From an uncultured delta proteobacterium (lineage in GTDB: Bacteria > Desulfobacterota > Binatia > UBA9968), in the NCBI GenBank assembly GCA_963816145.1, contig CAWFJP010000011.1, positions 448,001 through 512,000 of the forward strand: a stretch of DNA of 64,000 nt, written 5' to 3'. Position 1 is the stretch's first letter. Every line of letters begins with the position of its first letter. Both the position numbers and the translations under genes were made by a program. The notes beneath the pieces were generated by a model that saw nothing but the letters and a program-made list of their open reading frames with translations, was not told the DNA's origin and did no database searches. This document shows positions 51,467-61,762 of this stretch, in pieces.

Positions 51467-52528
51467 GTGCCGTGCCTAATCATTTCGTTGTTAGTGGTTT
51501 CGCTGTTCTTTCCAGCCGCGCTGCGCGCTGAAGCCAAGCTCGACAAATCTTCGCTGGTCAACTGGCGCGAAGCCCAGCCGTCAACCAAGGAAACCGAACT
51601 CGACCGACTCAATCGCGCCTTTGTTCAGCTGGCGACCGATTCCCGCCCGGCCATCGTCCAGATTCGCGTCAACGGTCTGGCGAATAGCCAAACCCAAAGT
51701 AGTCGCGGCTCGGGCTTTTTCATCGATCCGGAAGGCTACATCTTGACCGCCCAACATGTCATCGACAAAGCCAGAGAGATCGAAGTCCGCACCGCGGAAG
51801 GCCAACGTCTGGCGGCGCGATTGGTAGTCGCCGACAGTCAGCTCGATCTAGCGCTTTTGAAGGTCCAAAGCGAACCGGCCGCGACCGTGCTCTCGCTCGG
51901 CGATTCCGACCGCATTCAAGTCGGCGACTTGGCCGTGGTGTTCAGCTACCCGTTTGGCCGTGAGAGTTCGATGAGCCTGGGCATCATCAGCCGCGCCGGT
52001 AAAACTTATCCCGACTCGGCAGCCTACGATTTCATTCAGACCGATGCCGGCGCCTATCCCGGCGTCAGCGGCGGTCCGCTGTTAAATAGCCAGGGGCATG
52101 TCGTCGGCATGATCACCATGGCTTCCGAACGCGGCAATCTCGGTTTCGCCACGCCGATTAATTTAATCAAAAAAATCCTGCCGCGCTTGGTCAAAGGCGA
52201 AAAGTTCGCCTGGGGCTGGCTCGGCGTCCAGATGTCAGACATTTCTCTCACCCAAGCCAAGTTGCTGGGAATCTATCCCGCCAAAGGCGTGGTCGTGAGT
52301 TCGGTCTTACCAGGGCAGCCCGCGGCGCGCGTCGGCGTGCAGAAGCAAGACGTCATCCTAGCGGTCAACGACAGTCCGGTCGACAGCCCGCGCGATGTGG
52401 CGCGCATGGTCGGCGGTCTGGAAGCGGGACGTATGGTTCAGCTATCAATAATGCGCAAAGGCAAATCGATACTCTTGACCGTACCGCTCGGCGTCAAGCC
52501 CGAATCAACCAAGCCCCGCGAAGGGTAG
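51467..52528 (+). CDS. HtrA/DegS-like serine protease with one PDZ domain
   Basis: GSGF, TAQHV, DLALLK, GVSGGPL and PDZ GWLGV. Confidence 0.9.
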   Translation: MPCLIISLLVVSLFFPAALRAEAKLDKSSLVNWREAQPSTKETELDRLNRAFVQLATDSRPAIVQIRVNGLANSQTQSSRGSGFFIDPEGYILTAQHVIDKAREIEVRTAEGQRLAARLVVADSQLDLALLKVQSEPAATVLSLGDSDRIQVGDLAVVFSYPFGRESSMSLGIISRAGKTYPDSAAYDFIQTDAGAYPGVSGGPLLNSQGHVVGMITMASERGNLGFATPINLIKKILPRLVKGEKFAWGWLGVQMSDISLTQAKLLGIYPAKGVVVSSVLPGQPAARVGVQKQDVILAVNDSPVDSPRDVARMVGGLEAGRMVQLSIMRKGKSILLTVPLGVKPESTKPREG

Positions 52529-52535
52529 CCCGATT

Positions 52536-54983
52536 TCACTCGTTATTCGACTCTGCGGTTTTTTGATCTGCCGCCGTCACTTTCTTCTGTAGCTCGGTAA
52601 AGTGCTGAAGTTTCTTTTGCACGAGGTGGTTGATCGAACCGTCCGGATACTTGCCGTCGGCTTGAAGCGCGCCGGCCGCGACACCGGTAAGCACTTCGAT
52701 GCCTTCGTCGATGGAACCCACCGAGTAAATATGAAATTTACCGGCCTTGACCGCTTCGACGACATCGGGACGGAGCATTAGATTGCGAACGTTGGTGTGC
52801 GGAATCATCACTCCCTGTTCGCCGGTCAGTCCTTTCAAGCGGCAGATATCGAAGTGACCTTCGATTTTAAAATTAACGCCGCCGATCGCCTGCACCTCGC
52901 CGTTTTGATTGACCGAACCGGTCACAGCAATCCCTTGCTGGATTGGCACTTCGGATAGGCTCGAAAGAATCGCATAGAGTTCGGTCGACGACGCACTGTC
53001 GCCGTCAACGCCATCGTACGACTGCTCGAAGCAGATCGTGCTGGACAGCGATAGTGGACTTTGCTGCGCGAACTTCCCGCCCAGGTAACCGCCGAGAATC
53101 AGCACGCCCTTGTCATGGCTCTTGCCGCTCAATTTCGATTCACGCTCGATGTTGACCAGACCGCCGCGCCCCATGAAAGTTTTGGTTGTAATGCGCGACG
53201 GTTTGCCGAAACTAAAATCGCCCATTTGATAGACCGCCAGGCCGTTCACTTGACCAACCGCCGCGCCAGTCACATCCACCAGCAGGGTGCCTTCGGCGAT
53301 CAGCTCTTGCAGCCGTTTTTCGATCAAATTGAGGCGAAAGGTTTTTTCCACCAGCGCGCGTTCGACATGCATGCCAGAGATCAATTCGGCGTTTTCCTTG
53401 CCGGCCCAGTAGTCCGACTCGATCAAGAGGTCGACCATGTCGCTGAACCGCGTCGATAGTTTATGCTGGTCTTCAACCTGGCGCGCGCACTGCTCGATCA
53501 CTCGGGCAACGCCGTCGGTGTTGAAGTGGCGGATCCGCTCCCGTTTACAATAGTCGCTGATGAAACAGGCGAACGCCGTAAGATTTTCTTGAGTGCGGTC
53601 CACTTCAAAATTAAAGTCGGCTTTGACCTTGAAGGTCTCACGAAAATCGGGATCGGCGGTTGCGAGTGCGCGATAGAGACTCGGGTCGCCGATCATGATC
53701 ACTTTGGTATCGGTCGGAATCGGTTCCGGCCGCAGTCCTTGAGGTGGTACAAAGCCAAAGAAGGTGCCAGGCTCTTCAATGCGCAATTCGCGATTCTTTA
53801 TGACACGTTGCAGCGCTTCCCAGCAGCCGGCATTGGCGAGAACTTCGCGGTCGTAAAGCACCAGGTAACCGCCGTTAGCTTTGCTGATGGAGCCGGCTTT
53901 GATCAGCGTAAAGTCGGTAGTGTACCCGCCCATAATCGGTTTTTTTTCGATCACTCCGAACAGGTTATGATAAGTCGGGTTGGTCTCAACGATAATCGGC
54001 GGCCCCTGGGTATCGCTGTTGTCGACAAAAACGTTGACCCGGTAGGGAAGAAACGGATCCCCCGGCGGTTCGCCGAAAGATATTCCGAGCATGGGACCAG
54101 CCGGTGCCGCCGCCTCGCCTTTGAAGCGCTGCAAATTTTTTAATATATGTTCGTGCACGCCGTCGAGGTAGGCAAGCACTCTGGGATAGTCCTGATACTT
54201 TGCCTTGAGTTCGGTCAGTGGATTGCGCACGAGATAATCCGCGGCTTCGGTCTCAACGGTCTCGAGCCTTAGCGCGATCTCGCGCTCGAGCTTCTTGCCG
54301 TCGCGCAGGGTATCTTCGACCTGTTTCTCGATCTCGCTGCGGCGCTCTTCCAACTGCTTTTTCTCCGCGGAAGCCAGCGCCAGATAATCCGTCTCCTGCA
54401 TCGGCTTGCCGTCTTTGGTCGGCAGCAACATGATACCCGACGGCGTCATGCGCAAGGCAAAGCCGGCGCGGTTTGCCTGTTCCATCAGGCCTTCCATCAT
54501 TTCCTGCTGTTTCTTTTGCAGCTGTTCGATCAGCGCTTGGCGCTGATGCGCGAAATCATCGCTCTCGAACAATTTTTTCGCCTCGCGCTGGAGATTTTGC
54601 ACCAACTGCTCCATGTCACTCTTGAGCGCTTTCCCAAAGCCGCGGCGAATCTTCAGCGCTTGGGGCCGATCTGGATCGCTAAAATTATAGACATAGCACC
54701 AGTCCTCGGGCATCGGCATATCGGCCAGTGCCGCCGTCGCGCTGGTAACCTTTTTGAGAAACGCTTTGATGATACTGGTTTTGCCCGTGCCGGTCAGGCC
54801 GGTGACAAAAATATTGAACCCCGGCTTGTTGACGCCAAGACCGAACTCGATCGCCCGAATCGCCCGATCCTGGCCGATAAAATCCTCCAGTGGCGTCATA
54901 TCGGCCGTGCAGGTAAAAGGCAAAAACGATAAATCGCAGTGCCACGCTAATTTGTCGGCAGGAACTTCGAAGCGGGTAATCAT
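52536..54983 (-). CDS. Lon-like protease, LonC type (AAA_32 + S16)
   Basis: FIGQDRA, GLTGTGKT, coiled-coil insert, ANGGYL, catalytic DGDSAS and IGGVNFKIEG. Confidence 0.92.
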   Translation of the reverse strand: MITRFEVPADKLAWHCDLSFLPFTCTADMTPLEDFIGQDRAIRAIEFGLGVNKPGFNIFVTGLTGTGKTSIIKAFLKKVTSATAALADMPMPEDWCYVYNFSDPDRPQALKIRRGFGKALKSDMEQLVQNLQREAKKLFESDDFAHQRQALIEQLQKKQQEMMEGLMEQANRAGFALRMTPSGIMLLPTKDGKPMQETDYLALASAEKKQLEERRSEIEKQVEDTLRDGKKLEREIALRLETVETEAADYLVRNPLTELKAKYQDYPRVLAYLDGVHEHILKNLQRFKGEAAAPAGPMLGISFGEPPGDPFLPYRVNVFVDNSDTQGPPIIVETNPTYHNLFGVIEKKPIMGGYTTDFTLIKAGSISKANGGYLVLYDREVLANAGCWEALQRVIKNRELRIEEPGTFFGFVPPQGLRPEPIPTDTKVIMIGDPSLYRALATADPDFRETFKVKADFNFEVDRTQENLTAFACFISDYCKRERIRHFNTDGVARVIEQCARQVEDQHKLSTRFSDMVDLLIESDYWAGKENAELISGMHVERALVEKTFRLNLIEKRLQELIAEGTLLVDVTGAAVGQVNGLAVYQMGDFSFGKPSRITTKTFMGRGGLVNIERESKLSGKSHDKGVLILGGYLGGKFAQQSPLSLSSTICFEQSYDGVDGDSASSTELYAILSSLSEVPIQQGIAVTGSVNQNGEVQAIGGVNFKIEGHFDICRLKGLTGEQGVMIPHTNVRNLMLRPDVVEAVKAGKFHIYSVGSIDEGIEVLTGVAAGALQADGKYPDGSINHLVQKKLQHFTELQKKVTAADQKTAESNNE

Positions 54984-55069
54984 GACGGCTCCTCTGGCTT
55001 GAATAGAACTCGCCGAGAATAGGGGCTTGCTCAAGGGTCGTCAAGCGTCGCAAGCTGGCGGAACGAGTA

Positions 55070-55098
55070 TTGAACCGGCGCAACCTGCTCTCTATACT
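55070..55098 (+). promoter_or_regulatory. Sigma-70 promoter of the M48 protease gene (leaderless arrangement)
   Basis: TTGAAC-17-TATACT, followed 6 nt later by ATG 55105. Confidence 0.6.
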
Positions 55099-55104
55099 CT
55101 GTGA

Positions 55105-56553
55105 ATGATAAAGTCGCGCTGGGTCCGTCGGTTGCCCGCATGCTGCGTATCGATATTTTTGATCGTTTCACTTTGCGCGGCCTGTCGCTCCGTAGCGCCG
55201 ATGCTCCCGTCCGTCACCCCGCCGACCGAAGACGAAGAAGTTAGAATTAGCCGCGAGTTCCGCCGCGAGGCCAAAAAGCAGTTCAAGTTTATCAATCAGC
55301 CGGAAGTCGAACGTTACGTCGATCGTATCGGCCGGCGGATACTCGCCGCCACCGGTCCGCTATCTTATGAGTATCGGTTCTTTGTCGTCGAAGAAGACCA
55401 ATTAAACGCCTTTGCCGTCCCCGGCGGATCGATTTACCTGTTCACCGGTTTGATCGAAAGAGCGAAGTCTACAGATGAACTGGCCGGCGTGCTCGGCCAC
55501 GAAATCGTCCACATCAAAGGGCACCATATGGCACGCTCCTCGGGACCGGATGCGATATCGGTGTTGAGCTTGCTGGCTTCCGTGATGTTGGCGCGTAGCA
55601 GCGGTTCCGGTGGCCAGGCCGCAGGCATTGTCGGCCAAGCCGTTGCCGCCACCCGCCAAGCCGCCTACAGCCGTCAATTGGAAATGGAATCGGATACTTT
55701 GGGCACCCGTTACATGGCCGCCGCAGGCTTTGACCCACGCGGGACATTGGCATTTTTGAAAACCATGGACCAAGAACGGCAGCTCAATCCGATTGACGTT
55801 CCGGCCTATATCCTGAGCCATCCACTCACTCCTGAGCGGTTGGCCAACGCCGAGTTGGTTGTCAAATCTTTAGCCCCAAAAGACCGGGAGCTATTTTCTG
55901 CTTCCTCCACTAAACCGCAACAGGAAGATAACGAAGACCTAAAGAAGGTCCAAATCCTCATCCGCATGGAACGGCCCAATCGTAAAACTGTGGTCACTGA
56001 CTACGAGAAGTTGGTACAAAATGATCCCAACAATCCAGCGCTCCTTCACCTGCTTGGCTTTGCACAGTTCCAGCTCGGCTTACTCGCTCCCGCCCAGAAG
56101 AATTACGAGAAATCATGGCGGCTACGCCCCGACCATGTCGGTCTGCTGCGCGAGATCGGCCGCCTATCGGGCCAAACCGGCGATTATGAGTCGGCTCACA
56201 AAGCCTTCAACCGGGCCATCGCGCTCGAGCCAAATGAGCCTCTGAATTACTTTTATTTGGGTGAATTCCTCGAAAAGATCGGCGATTTACGGAACGCCGC
56301 CGGAGCCTATTTGAACGCCCAAAACCTGGCGCCGCTATGGGACAAGCCGGTATATCGCTTGGGTCAGGTCTACGGCAAGCTCGACCGGCTCGCGGATGGC
56401 TATTACTACCTGGGCAGGACGAACCTGCTACAAGATGAAGATGAGCGAGCCATCGCGGACTTCGAACGAGCTCTGAAAATCGTCGGCGAAGACTCGCCGC
56501 GCGGGCAGGTAATCAAAGAAGAGTTGAAAACCTTACGCGATCGTAAACGCTAA
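55105..56553 (+). CDS. M48 metalloprotease with TPR repeats (BepA-like lipoprotein)
   Basis: NAFAVPGG, HEIVH, YSRQLEMESD, SHP, C-terminal TPRs and lipobox CAAC. Confidence 0.9.
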   Translation: MIKSRWVRRLPACCVSIFLIVSLCAACRSVAPMLPSVTPPTEDEEVRISREFRREAKKQFKFINQPEVERYVDRIGRRILAATGPLSYEYRFFVVEEDQLNAFAVPGGSIYLFTGLIERAKSTDELAGVLGHEIVHIKGHHMARSSGPDAISVLSLLASVMLARSSGSGGQAAGIVGQAVAATRQAAYSRQLEMESDTLGTRYMAAAGFDPRGTLAFLKTMDQERQLNPIDVPAYILSHPLTPERLANAELVVKSLAPKDRELFSASSTKPQQEDNEDLKKVQILIRMERPNRKTVVTDYEKLVQNDPNNPALLHLLGFAQFQLGLLAPAQKNYEKSWRLRPDHVGLLREIGRLSGQTGDYESAHKAFNRAIALEPNEPLNYFYLGEFLEKIGDLRNAAGAYLNAQNLAPLWDKPVYRLGQVYGKLDRLADGYYYLGRTNLLQDEDERAIADFERALKIVGEDSPRGQVIKEELKTLRDRKR

Positions 56554-56555
56554 GC

Positions 56556-56936
56556 TTAAAGGGTCGCGCACCCGCTCATCGACGCCAAAGACAGATTTCT
56601 CGTCGGTATCGGCTTGATATAACGGTTTTCCCGCTTGAGCAGCTGCTCGCGTAAATAATTGGGATCGAAACCCAACAAATCGCAAATACTGCTAAATGAA
56701 TACAACCACTCGGTATCGGTATCTTCGACCCATTCAATGGCGCTTTGATAGCTCATCTTGCCGGCACTGCTGCGAGAGCCGCGGTGCTTCTCCAAGCACT
56801 CCACCGCGTCTTTTAAGATAGCGATCATCAGCCGCTTTTCGCCCTCCAGCTTGCGCGATAATGCGCCATTGCCGTAGAACTGCGATGGCAGAAAAATGTC
56901 TGGTTCTAAAATCCTTGCTAGAAAATCATCGTACAT
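56556..56936 (-). CDS. Hypothetical protein of unknown function
   Basis: Own AAGGAG RBS and a TTGCTC-17-TATAGA promoter candidate; protein-like motifs EKRLMIAILKDAV and FSSICDLLGFDPNYLR. Confidence 0.75.
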   Translation of the reverse strand: MYDDFLARILEPDIFLPSQFYGNGALSRKLEGEKRLMIAILKDAVECLEKHRGSRSSAGKMSYQSAIEWVEDTDTEWLYSFSSICDLLGFDPNYLREQLLKRENRYIKPIPTRNLSLASMSGCATL

Positions 56937-57152
56937 TACTGAACGCACTCCTTATTACTTTGAATCGGATTCTATAACACAGGCGGTAGTGGCGAGCAAG
57001 AAAAAAACCCCAATGGGCTGGGGAGCCGGTCAAATAGAACCAGCGTACCAGAATATCGAAAGTGGCGGCAAAACGCCGGTCTCGGCGGCTCGATTCGATG
57101 GTGGGCCGACGCCGGCGGGATGGTGGGTAACGACCGAACCGGTGAGTTGCCC

Positions 57153-57863
57153 TTAAATACCGTCCATAAGCCCTGCCAGTTTGGTTTTGGCGACGTTGTG
57201 GTCCCAAACCTTTTGCACCACCGAGTCTTTGCGTCGCCCCTTCATGACTCTTTGGGTTTCGTCTTCGTTATAGACCAGCACCGGTCCTAGCAGCGCAGCC
57301 TTATAGAAACGCGCCGCCGCCTCTTCGAGATCGACGCAAGCGGCAAAGACCCATTCGATGGACTGAGCGACCACCATCGAACCATGGCCGCGCAGCATTA
57401 CGGCATCGGCATTGCCAAGCGACTTGGCCACGGCATCGCCTTGTTCAATGGTGTGGATCAGCGCCGGGTCCATGTACTTCGGCAGGGCACCGGGACCGAA
57501 GAATGCGCCAGGATTGGAGGACGCCGGATAAAATGGCTTGTCGACCATACTGAGGGTCGCCACCATGTGATTGTGCAGGTGCGCCACACTCTGGATGTCG
57601 CCCCGCGCTTTATACGCGCGCGCATGCATATACACTTCCGACGGCGCTTTGTACTTGCCTTCGATCACCTTGCCTTCGAAGTCGGTGACTACCATGTCGT
57701 CCGGTTTGACGATTGCCCGGCTCACCGGGTGCGGCAAGATCAACAAATGATCGGAGCCGGGAATGCGCACGCTGATGTGGCCACTGTAATCGACCAGTCC
57801 GGAATTAAACAGCATGCGCGACGACATCGCCAGCTTCTTTTTGAATTCAGTTAATTCGGCCAT
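57153..57863 (-). CDS. Class II aldolase/adducin family protein
   Basis: GHISVR, PSEVYMH, VAHLH and MLRGHG zinc ligands. Confidence 0.9.
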   Translation of the reverse strand: MAELTEFKKKLAMSSRMLFNSGLVDYSGHISVRIPGSDHLLILPHPVSRAIVKPDDMVVTDFEGKVIEGKYKAPSEVYMHARAYKARGDIQSVAHLHNHMVATLSMVDKPFYPASSNPGAFFGPGALPKYMDPALIHTIEQGDAVAKSLGNADAVMLRGHGSMVVAQSIEWVFAACVDLEEAAARFYKAALLGPVLVYNEDETQRVMKGRRKDSVVQKVWDHNVAKTKLAGLMDGI

Positions 57864-57996
57864 GAAAATACCCCTTTCAATCTCCTTAACGAAAAATTCC
57901 GGCTATCATATACACTGAAATAGCCAAGTCGCAACTTGACTCCGGCCGGTTTCACCGTGAAATAGGCGAAACAGGTTTAATCGAAAGGACTGCACC

Positions 57997-59784
57997 ATGG
58001 CTAATAATAGCGCGGCGGGCATCCGCTGGGACTTAAGCGACCTTTTTGCCGCCCATGACGACGGAAAAATAGAATCGACCCTGAATAATTGCCGCACCAG
58101 CGCGGAAAAGTTCGCCGGGCGCTATCGGGCAACGTTGGAGAACCCCGCAACCCTAAGCGCCGCCACCCTGCACGCGGCCTTGGAAGAATTGGCAAAGATC
58201 TTCGAGGCCCTCAGCCGGGTCGGCAGCTACGCCGGCCTGCTTTACGCCGCCGACACCGCCAAGCCCGAGTACCAAGACTTGGACCAGCGGGTCGAACAGC
58301 GCAGCACCGAGATCAGAAACCTGCTCCTGTTCTTCGAACTGGCCTGGCTCAAGGTCGACGACGACATCGCCGACAAATTGATCAAGGGCGAGCAGCTTAA
58401 AGCTTACACGCATTATCTCACCAGCCTGCGCCGCTATCGCCGGCACACGCTCTCCGAGCTGGAAGAAAAACTGCTGAACGAAAGAGACAACACCGGCCGC
58501 AACGCCTTCGGCCGGCTCTTTTCAGAAATCACCTCGTCACTGGTTTTCAAACTGGAAAGGGACAGCAAGACCGAAGAGTTGAACTTGAGCCAGATCCTCT
58601 CGCTCTTTCATGAACCCGATCGTAACCTGCGCCAACAAGCCATGGAGACGGTCTATCAAGAACTATCGCAACATGGCCAGGTGCTGACCTTCATCTACGA
58701 TACTTTGATTCAAGATAATCTCACGGTCGACCGCTTACGCAGCTATCCGCACCCGATGGCGCAACGCCATCTATCCAACGAAATCGACGGCACCGCCGTG
58801 AAAACCATGATGGAGGTAGCCGAGAAGAATTATCCTCTCGCCCACGACTACTTTCGCTTGAAAGCTAAACTGCTCGAATTGCCCCAGCTTGCGCTTTACG
58901 ACCAATACGCGCCCGTCGGTAAAGAAGTCCGGCCTTTTCCCTACGCCAAAGCACAGGAGGTGATCCTTGACGCCTTCGCAGCTTTCGACCCGAAATTTCG
59001 CGCTCTCGCCGGAGAATTCTTCGCCAAGAATTGGATCGACGCGGAAATCCGCAAAGGCAAACGCGGCGGCGCATTCTGCGCTTCGCCATCGCCAAAGCTC
59101 CATCCCTACGTTCTGTGCAATTACGACGACAACCTGCGCGACGTCATGACCGTCGCCCACGAACTCGGTCACGGCTTGCACGGCTGTCTGAGCCGCAAGC
59201 AGAATTATTTCAATTACGACACGCCGCTCACCACCGCTGAGACCGCGTCGGTGTTCGGCGAGATGCTGGTCTTCGACCACTTACTCGACCAGCAATCCGA
59301 TCGCGAAGTGCAAATCGCGCTGTTGGCCGGCAAGATCGAAGACATCTTCGCCACCGTGTTCCGGCAAAATGTCTTGACGCGTTTCGAGGAGCTGGCGTTC
59401 TCGGCCAGACAAGAAAAACGGCTAACGCCCGACGCTCTCGGAAAACTCTGGCTCGAAGCCAACGGCAAGTACTACGGCGACGCGGTCACCATGCCCGAAA
59501 GTTACCGCTGGGGCTGGAGCTACATTCCCCACTTCATCCACTCGCGCTTCTACTGCTACAGCTACGTCTTCGGCCAGCTCTTAGTGCTGGCCCTGTACCG
59601 AATGTACAAGGACGAGGGCAAAAGCTTCGTGCCCAAATACATCGCGCTCCTCGAAGCCGGCGGCTCGGACACACCCGACGCGTTGCTGAAACCGCTCGGA
59701 GTCGACATTCACCAGCCGGAGTTTTGGCAGAAGGGGTTTGAGGAGATTCAAGGTCTAACGACGAAGCTGCGAGCGATCATTTAA
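57997..59784 (+). CDS. pepF: Oligoendopeptidase F (M3B)
   Basis: RWDLSDLF, GKRGGAFC, HELGH, AETAS and IPHF..FYCYSY. Confidence 0.93.
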   Translation: MANNSAAGIRWDLSDLFAAHDDGKIESTLNNCRTSAEKFAGRYRATLENPATLSAATLHAALEELAKIFEALSRVGSYAGLLYAADTAKPEYQDLDQRVEQRSTEIRNLLLFFELAWLKVDDDIADKLIKGEQLKAYTHYLTSLRRYRRHTLSELEEKLLNERDNTGRNAFGRLFSEITSSLVFKLERDSKTEELNLSQILSLFHEPDRNLRQQAMETVYQELSQHGQVLTFIYDTLIQDNLTVDRLRSYPHPMAQRHLSNEIDGTAVKTMMEVAEKNYPLAHDYFRLKAKLLELPQLALYDQYAPVGKEVRPFPYAKAQEVILDAFAAFDPKFRALAGEFFAKNWIDAEIRKGKRGGAFCASPSPKLHPYVLCNYDDNLRDVMTVAHELGHGLHGCLSRKQNYFNYDTPLTTAETASVFGEMLVFDHLLDQQSDREVQIALLAGKIEDIFATVFRQNVLTRFEELAFSARQEKRLTPDALGKLWLEANGKYYGDAVTMPESYRWGWSYIPHFIHSRFYCYSYVFGQLLVLALYRMYKDEGKSFVPKYIALLEAGGSDTPDALLKPLGVDIHQPEFWQKGFEEIQGLTTKLRAII

Positions 59785-59869
59785 AGCATGAAGATGACTG
59801 CAGTCGTTAATGACGCCTAAGATTTATGCGCAAGTACTAGACTCACTGCCAGCTCAACCACGCCGAAGG

Positions 59870-61312
59870 CTACCTCATCCGAAAACTCAGCGGCACGACT
59901 TCGTCGATCGGTTTGCCAGTCCAGTGCCATTTGGCGACGCTGTCCCAGACTTGTTCGCCTTTGGCTTGGACTTTCTCTAACAACTCCTGTTCGTCAAGGC
60001 GCAAGAATCTATGGTTATCGACCAGAATTTCCCCGTCGACGATGACCGTGCGCACATCCCGGCTAACGGCGGTTTCCATTAGCGACCTAATCGGATCGTG
60101 CACCGCGCCGAAGGCGATGTCGCGCAGATTGACGATGGCGATGTCGGCTTTGGCGCCTTCCGCTAGCCTACCGATATCGTCGCGGCCGAGCATCTTGGCG
60201 CCGCCGAGGGTAATCGAATTGAAAACATCGCGCGGATGGCCGGCGAGAAAACTCTTGTCGGCGATGCGCGACGCGATGCCGGCGTAGCGCATGTCGGAGA
60301 GAATATCTTTCGGGAATGTGTCGGTGCCGATGCCCATGTTGATGCCGGCCTGGCGGTAGCGGTCGAAGGATTCCATGAGAATACCCAACTTCAAATATTT
60401 GAGCGGACTGTAGGCCACCGACGCGCCGGAATCGGCGATGATTTTAAGATCGTCGCCATAGGGATAAGCGAGCCAACTATGGCCGCTGACAAAAATACAA
60501 TGCGATAACGAGACGTCCGGCGATAGAAATCCTATTTTCTTCAACAGCTCGATAGGCGTGCAGCGTTCGCGCGCCATGACCGTGTGGAACTCGAACAGGT
60601 TGATCGTCGCGTGGATTTGAATGCCGACACCGGCATCTTTGGCGGCCTTCTTTGTGTCCTGCAACAACTCCGGCGTGCAGGAGTCGACATGGCCGGGGAA
60701 CAACATCGCGGTCATGCGGCCGCTGCAAACGCCATTGTATTTCTTGGCGAACTCGACGGCGCTTTTTAACCCCTTGCTGCCGCGCTCGTCGTCCCAGTCA
60801 TATTCCAGCCGGCCTTCTTTATCGTGGAAGAAGGAAACATTCTTGTAGCTCGGCCCGGCGACGCAACGAATGCCGACCTGATCGATCATGTCGACGTAAC
60901 GCGACGGATCGCCGCCGGCGCCACCGATGTCGAACGTCGTTGTCACACCGCTCTTGAGCACATGGATGATCGAAAAACGTTGGCCGATGTCGACGTCTTT
61001 TAGGTGTGCCGAGTGCGCGCCTTGGCGGGTTGGCCCGCCATGAGCGAGGTAGTTCGACGCAAAGAAGTCGGTCTTGGTCGAGTCGGCGAGAATGTAGTCG
61101 CTGGCGTTGATGCCGGAGTGAAAGTGAGTGTCGATGAAACCGGGCGAGACCAAGCAGCCTTTGGCATCGATCTTCTTGTCGACCGGCTGCGCATATTCCT
61201 TACCAACAAATTCGACATGGTCGCCGCCGTACACCACGACGCCATCTTTGATGATTTCGTGTTCTTTGCCGTCGAAGCCGACCACCCAGCCACCTTGGAT
61301 AAGAGTTTTCAT
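59870..61312 (-). CDS. Amidohydrolase, TRZ/ATZ/SsnA deaminase-chlorohydrolase family
   Basis: PGFIDTHFH, IQIH, SLSHC, GIGTD and GAKADIAIV. Confidence 0.9.
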   Translation of the reverse strand: MKTLIQGGWVVGFDGKEHEIIKDGVVVYGGDHVEFVGKEYAQPVDKKIDAKGCLVSPGFIDTHFHSGINASDYILADSTKTDFFASNYLAHGGPTRQGAHSAHLKDVDIGQRFSIIHVLKSGVTTTFDIGGAGGDPSRYVDMIDQVGIRCVAGPSYKNVSFFHDKEGRLEYDWDDERGSKGLKSAVEFAKKYNGVCSGRMTAMLFPGHVDSCTPELLQDTKKAAKDAGVGIQIHATINLFEFHTVMARERCTPIELLKKIGFLSPDVSLSHCIFVSGHSWLAYPYGDDLKIIADSGASVAYSPLKYLKLGILMESFDRYRQAGINMGIGTDTFPKDILSDMRYAGIASRIADKSFLAGHPRDVFNSITLGGAKMLGRDDIGRLAEGAKADIAIVNLRDIAFGAVHDPIRSLMETAVSRDVRTVIVDGEILVDNHRFLRLDEQELLEKVQAKGEQVWDSVAKWHWTGKPIDEVVPLSFRMR

Positions 61313-61402
61313 TACCCACACCTTTCAGATATTGGAATTTGAATCAGTCGCAGCACTAACAAAACAAGTTTATTAAGACAAGCTGCGAACTGAACACCTA
61401 CT

Positions 61403-61430
61403 CGTCATTTCGACCAGAGGGAAAAATCTT
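61403..61430. repeat. Half REP-like element (GTCATTTCGACCAGAGGGAAAAATCT)
   Basis: Matches the inner element at 9283-9305. Confidence 0.75.
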
Positions 61431-61522
61431 CCCGGAGCCGACTTGAACGAACCGTTAGAGAATTTTGCGGTCGAAAGACCGGTTGCCGGGCAGATCCTAA
61501 TGCCGCCGGAACCCTTTGGCGA

Positions 61523-61624
61523 GACCTTGACGTAAGGCAATTTCACCAGCGGCGCTGCCACTAGCTTGCCGCCGATGCCGGCCGCCCATGTTGGAATAGT
61601 CGCGTCCACAGCTCAGTAAAAAAA
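61523..61624 (-). pseudogene. Decayed internal fragment paralogous to the SBP gene at 61763-62830
   Basis: FFY*AVDATIPTWAAGIGGKLVAAPLVKLPYVKV versus FLYCAADATLPSLAAGIDVKLVAAPLVKLPYVLV (62408-62509); in-frame TGA replaces the Cys codon. Confidence 0.85.
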
Positions 61625-61762
61625 CGGATTCGCCTGGGCAAGACCAATTCAGAAATGCAACGCGACACCAACGACAAGCAGGCACTTCGCCAGGAACTCG
61701 GAAATGGCTGAACGGGAGACTCAGTTGTGCACCTTGCCTCTCACGCCTAACTCCTTACCCTC

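Noticed and set aside
61613-61615. In-frame TGA at a Cys position as selenocysteine recoding
   Set aside because: It lies in a 102-bp fragment with no start or full gene; a nonsense mutation in a pseudogene is simpler.
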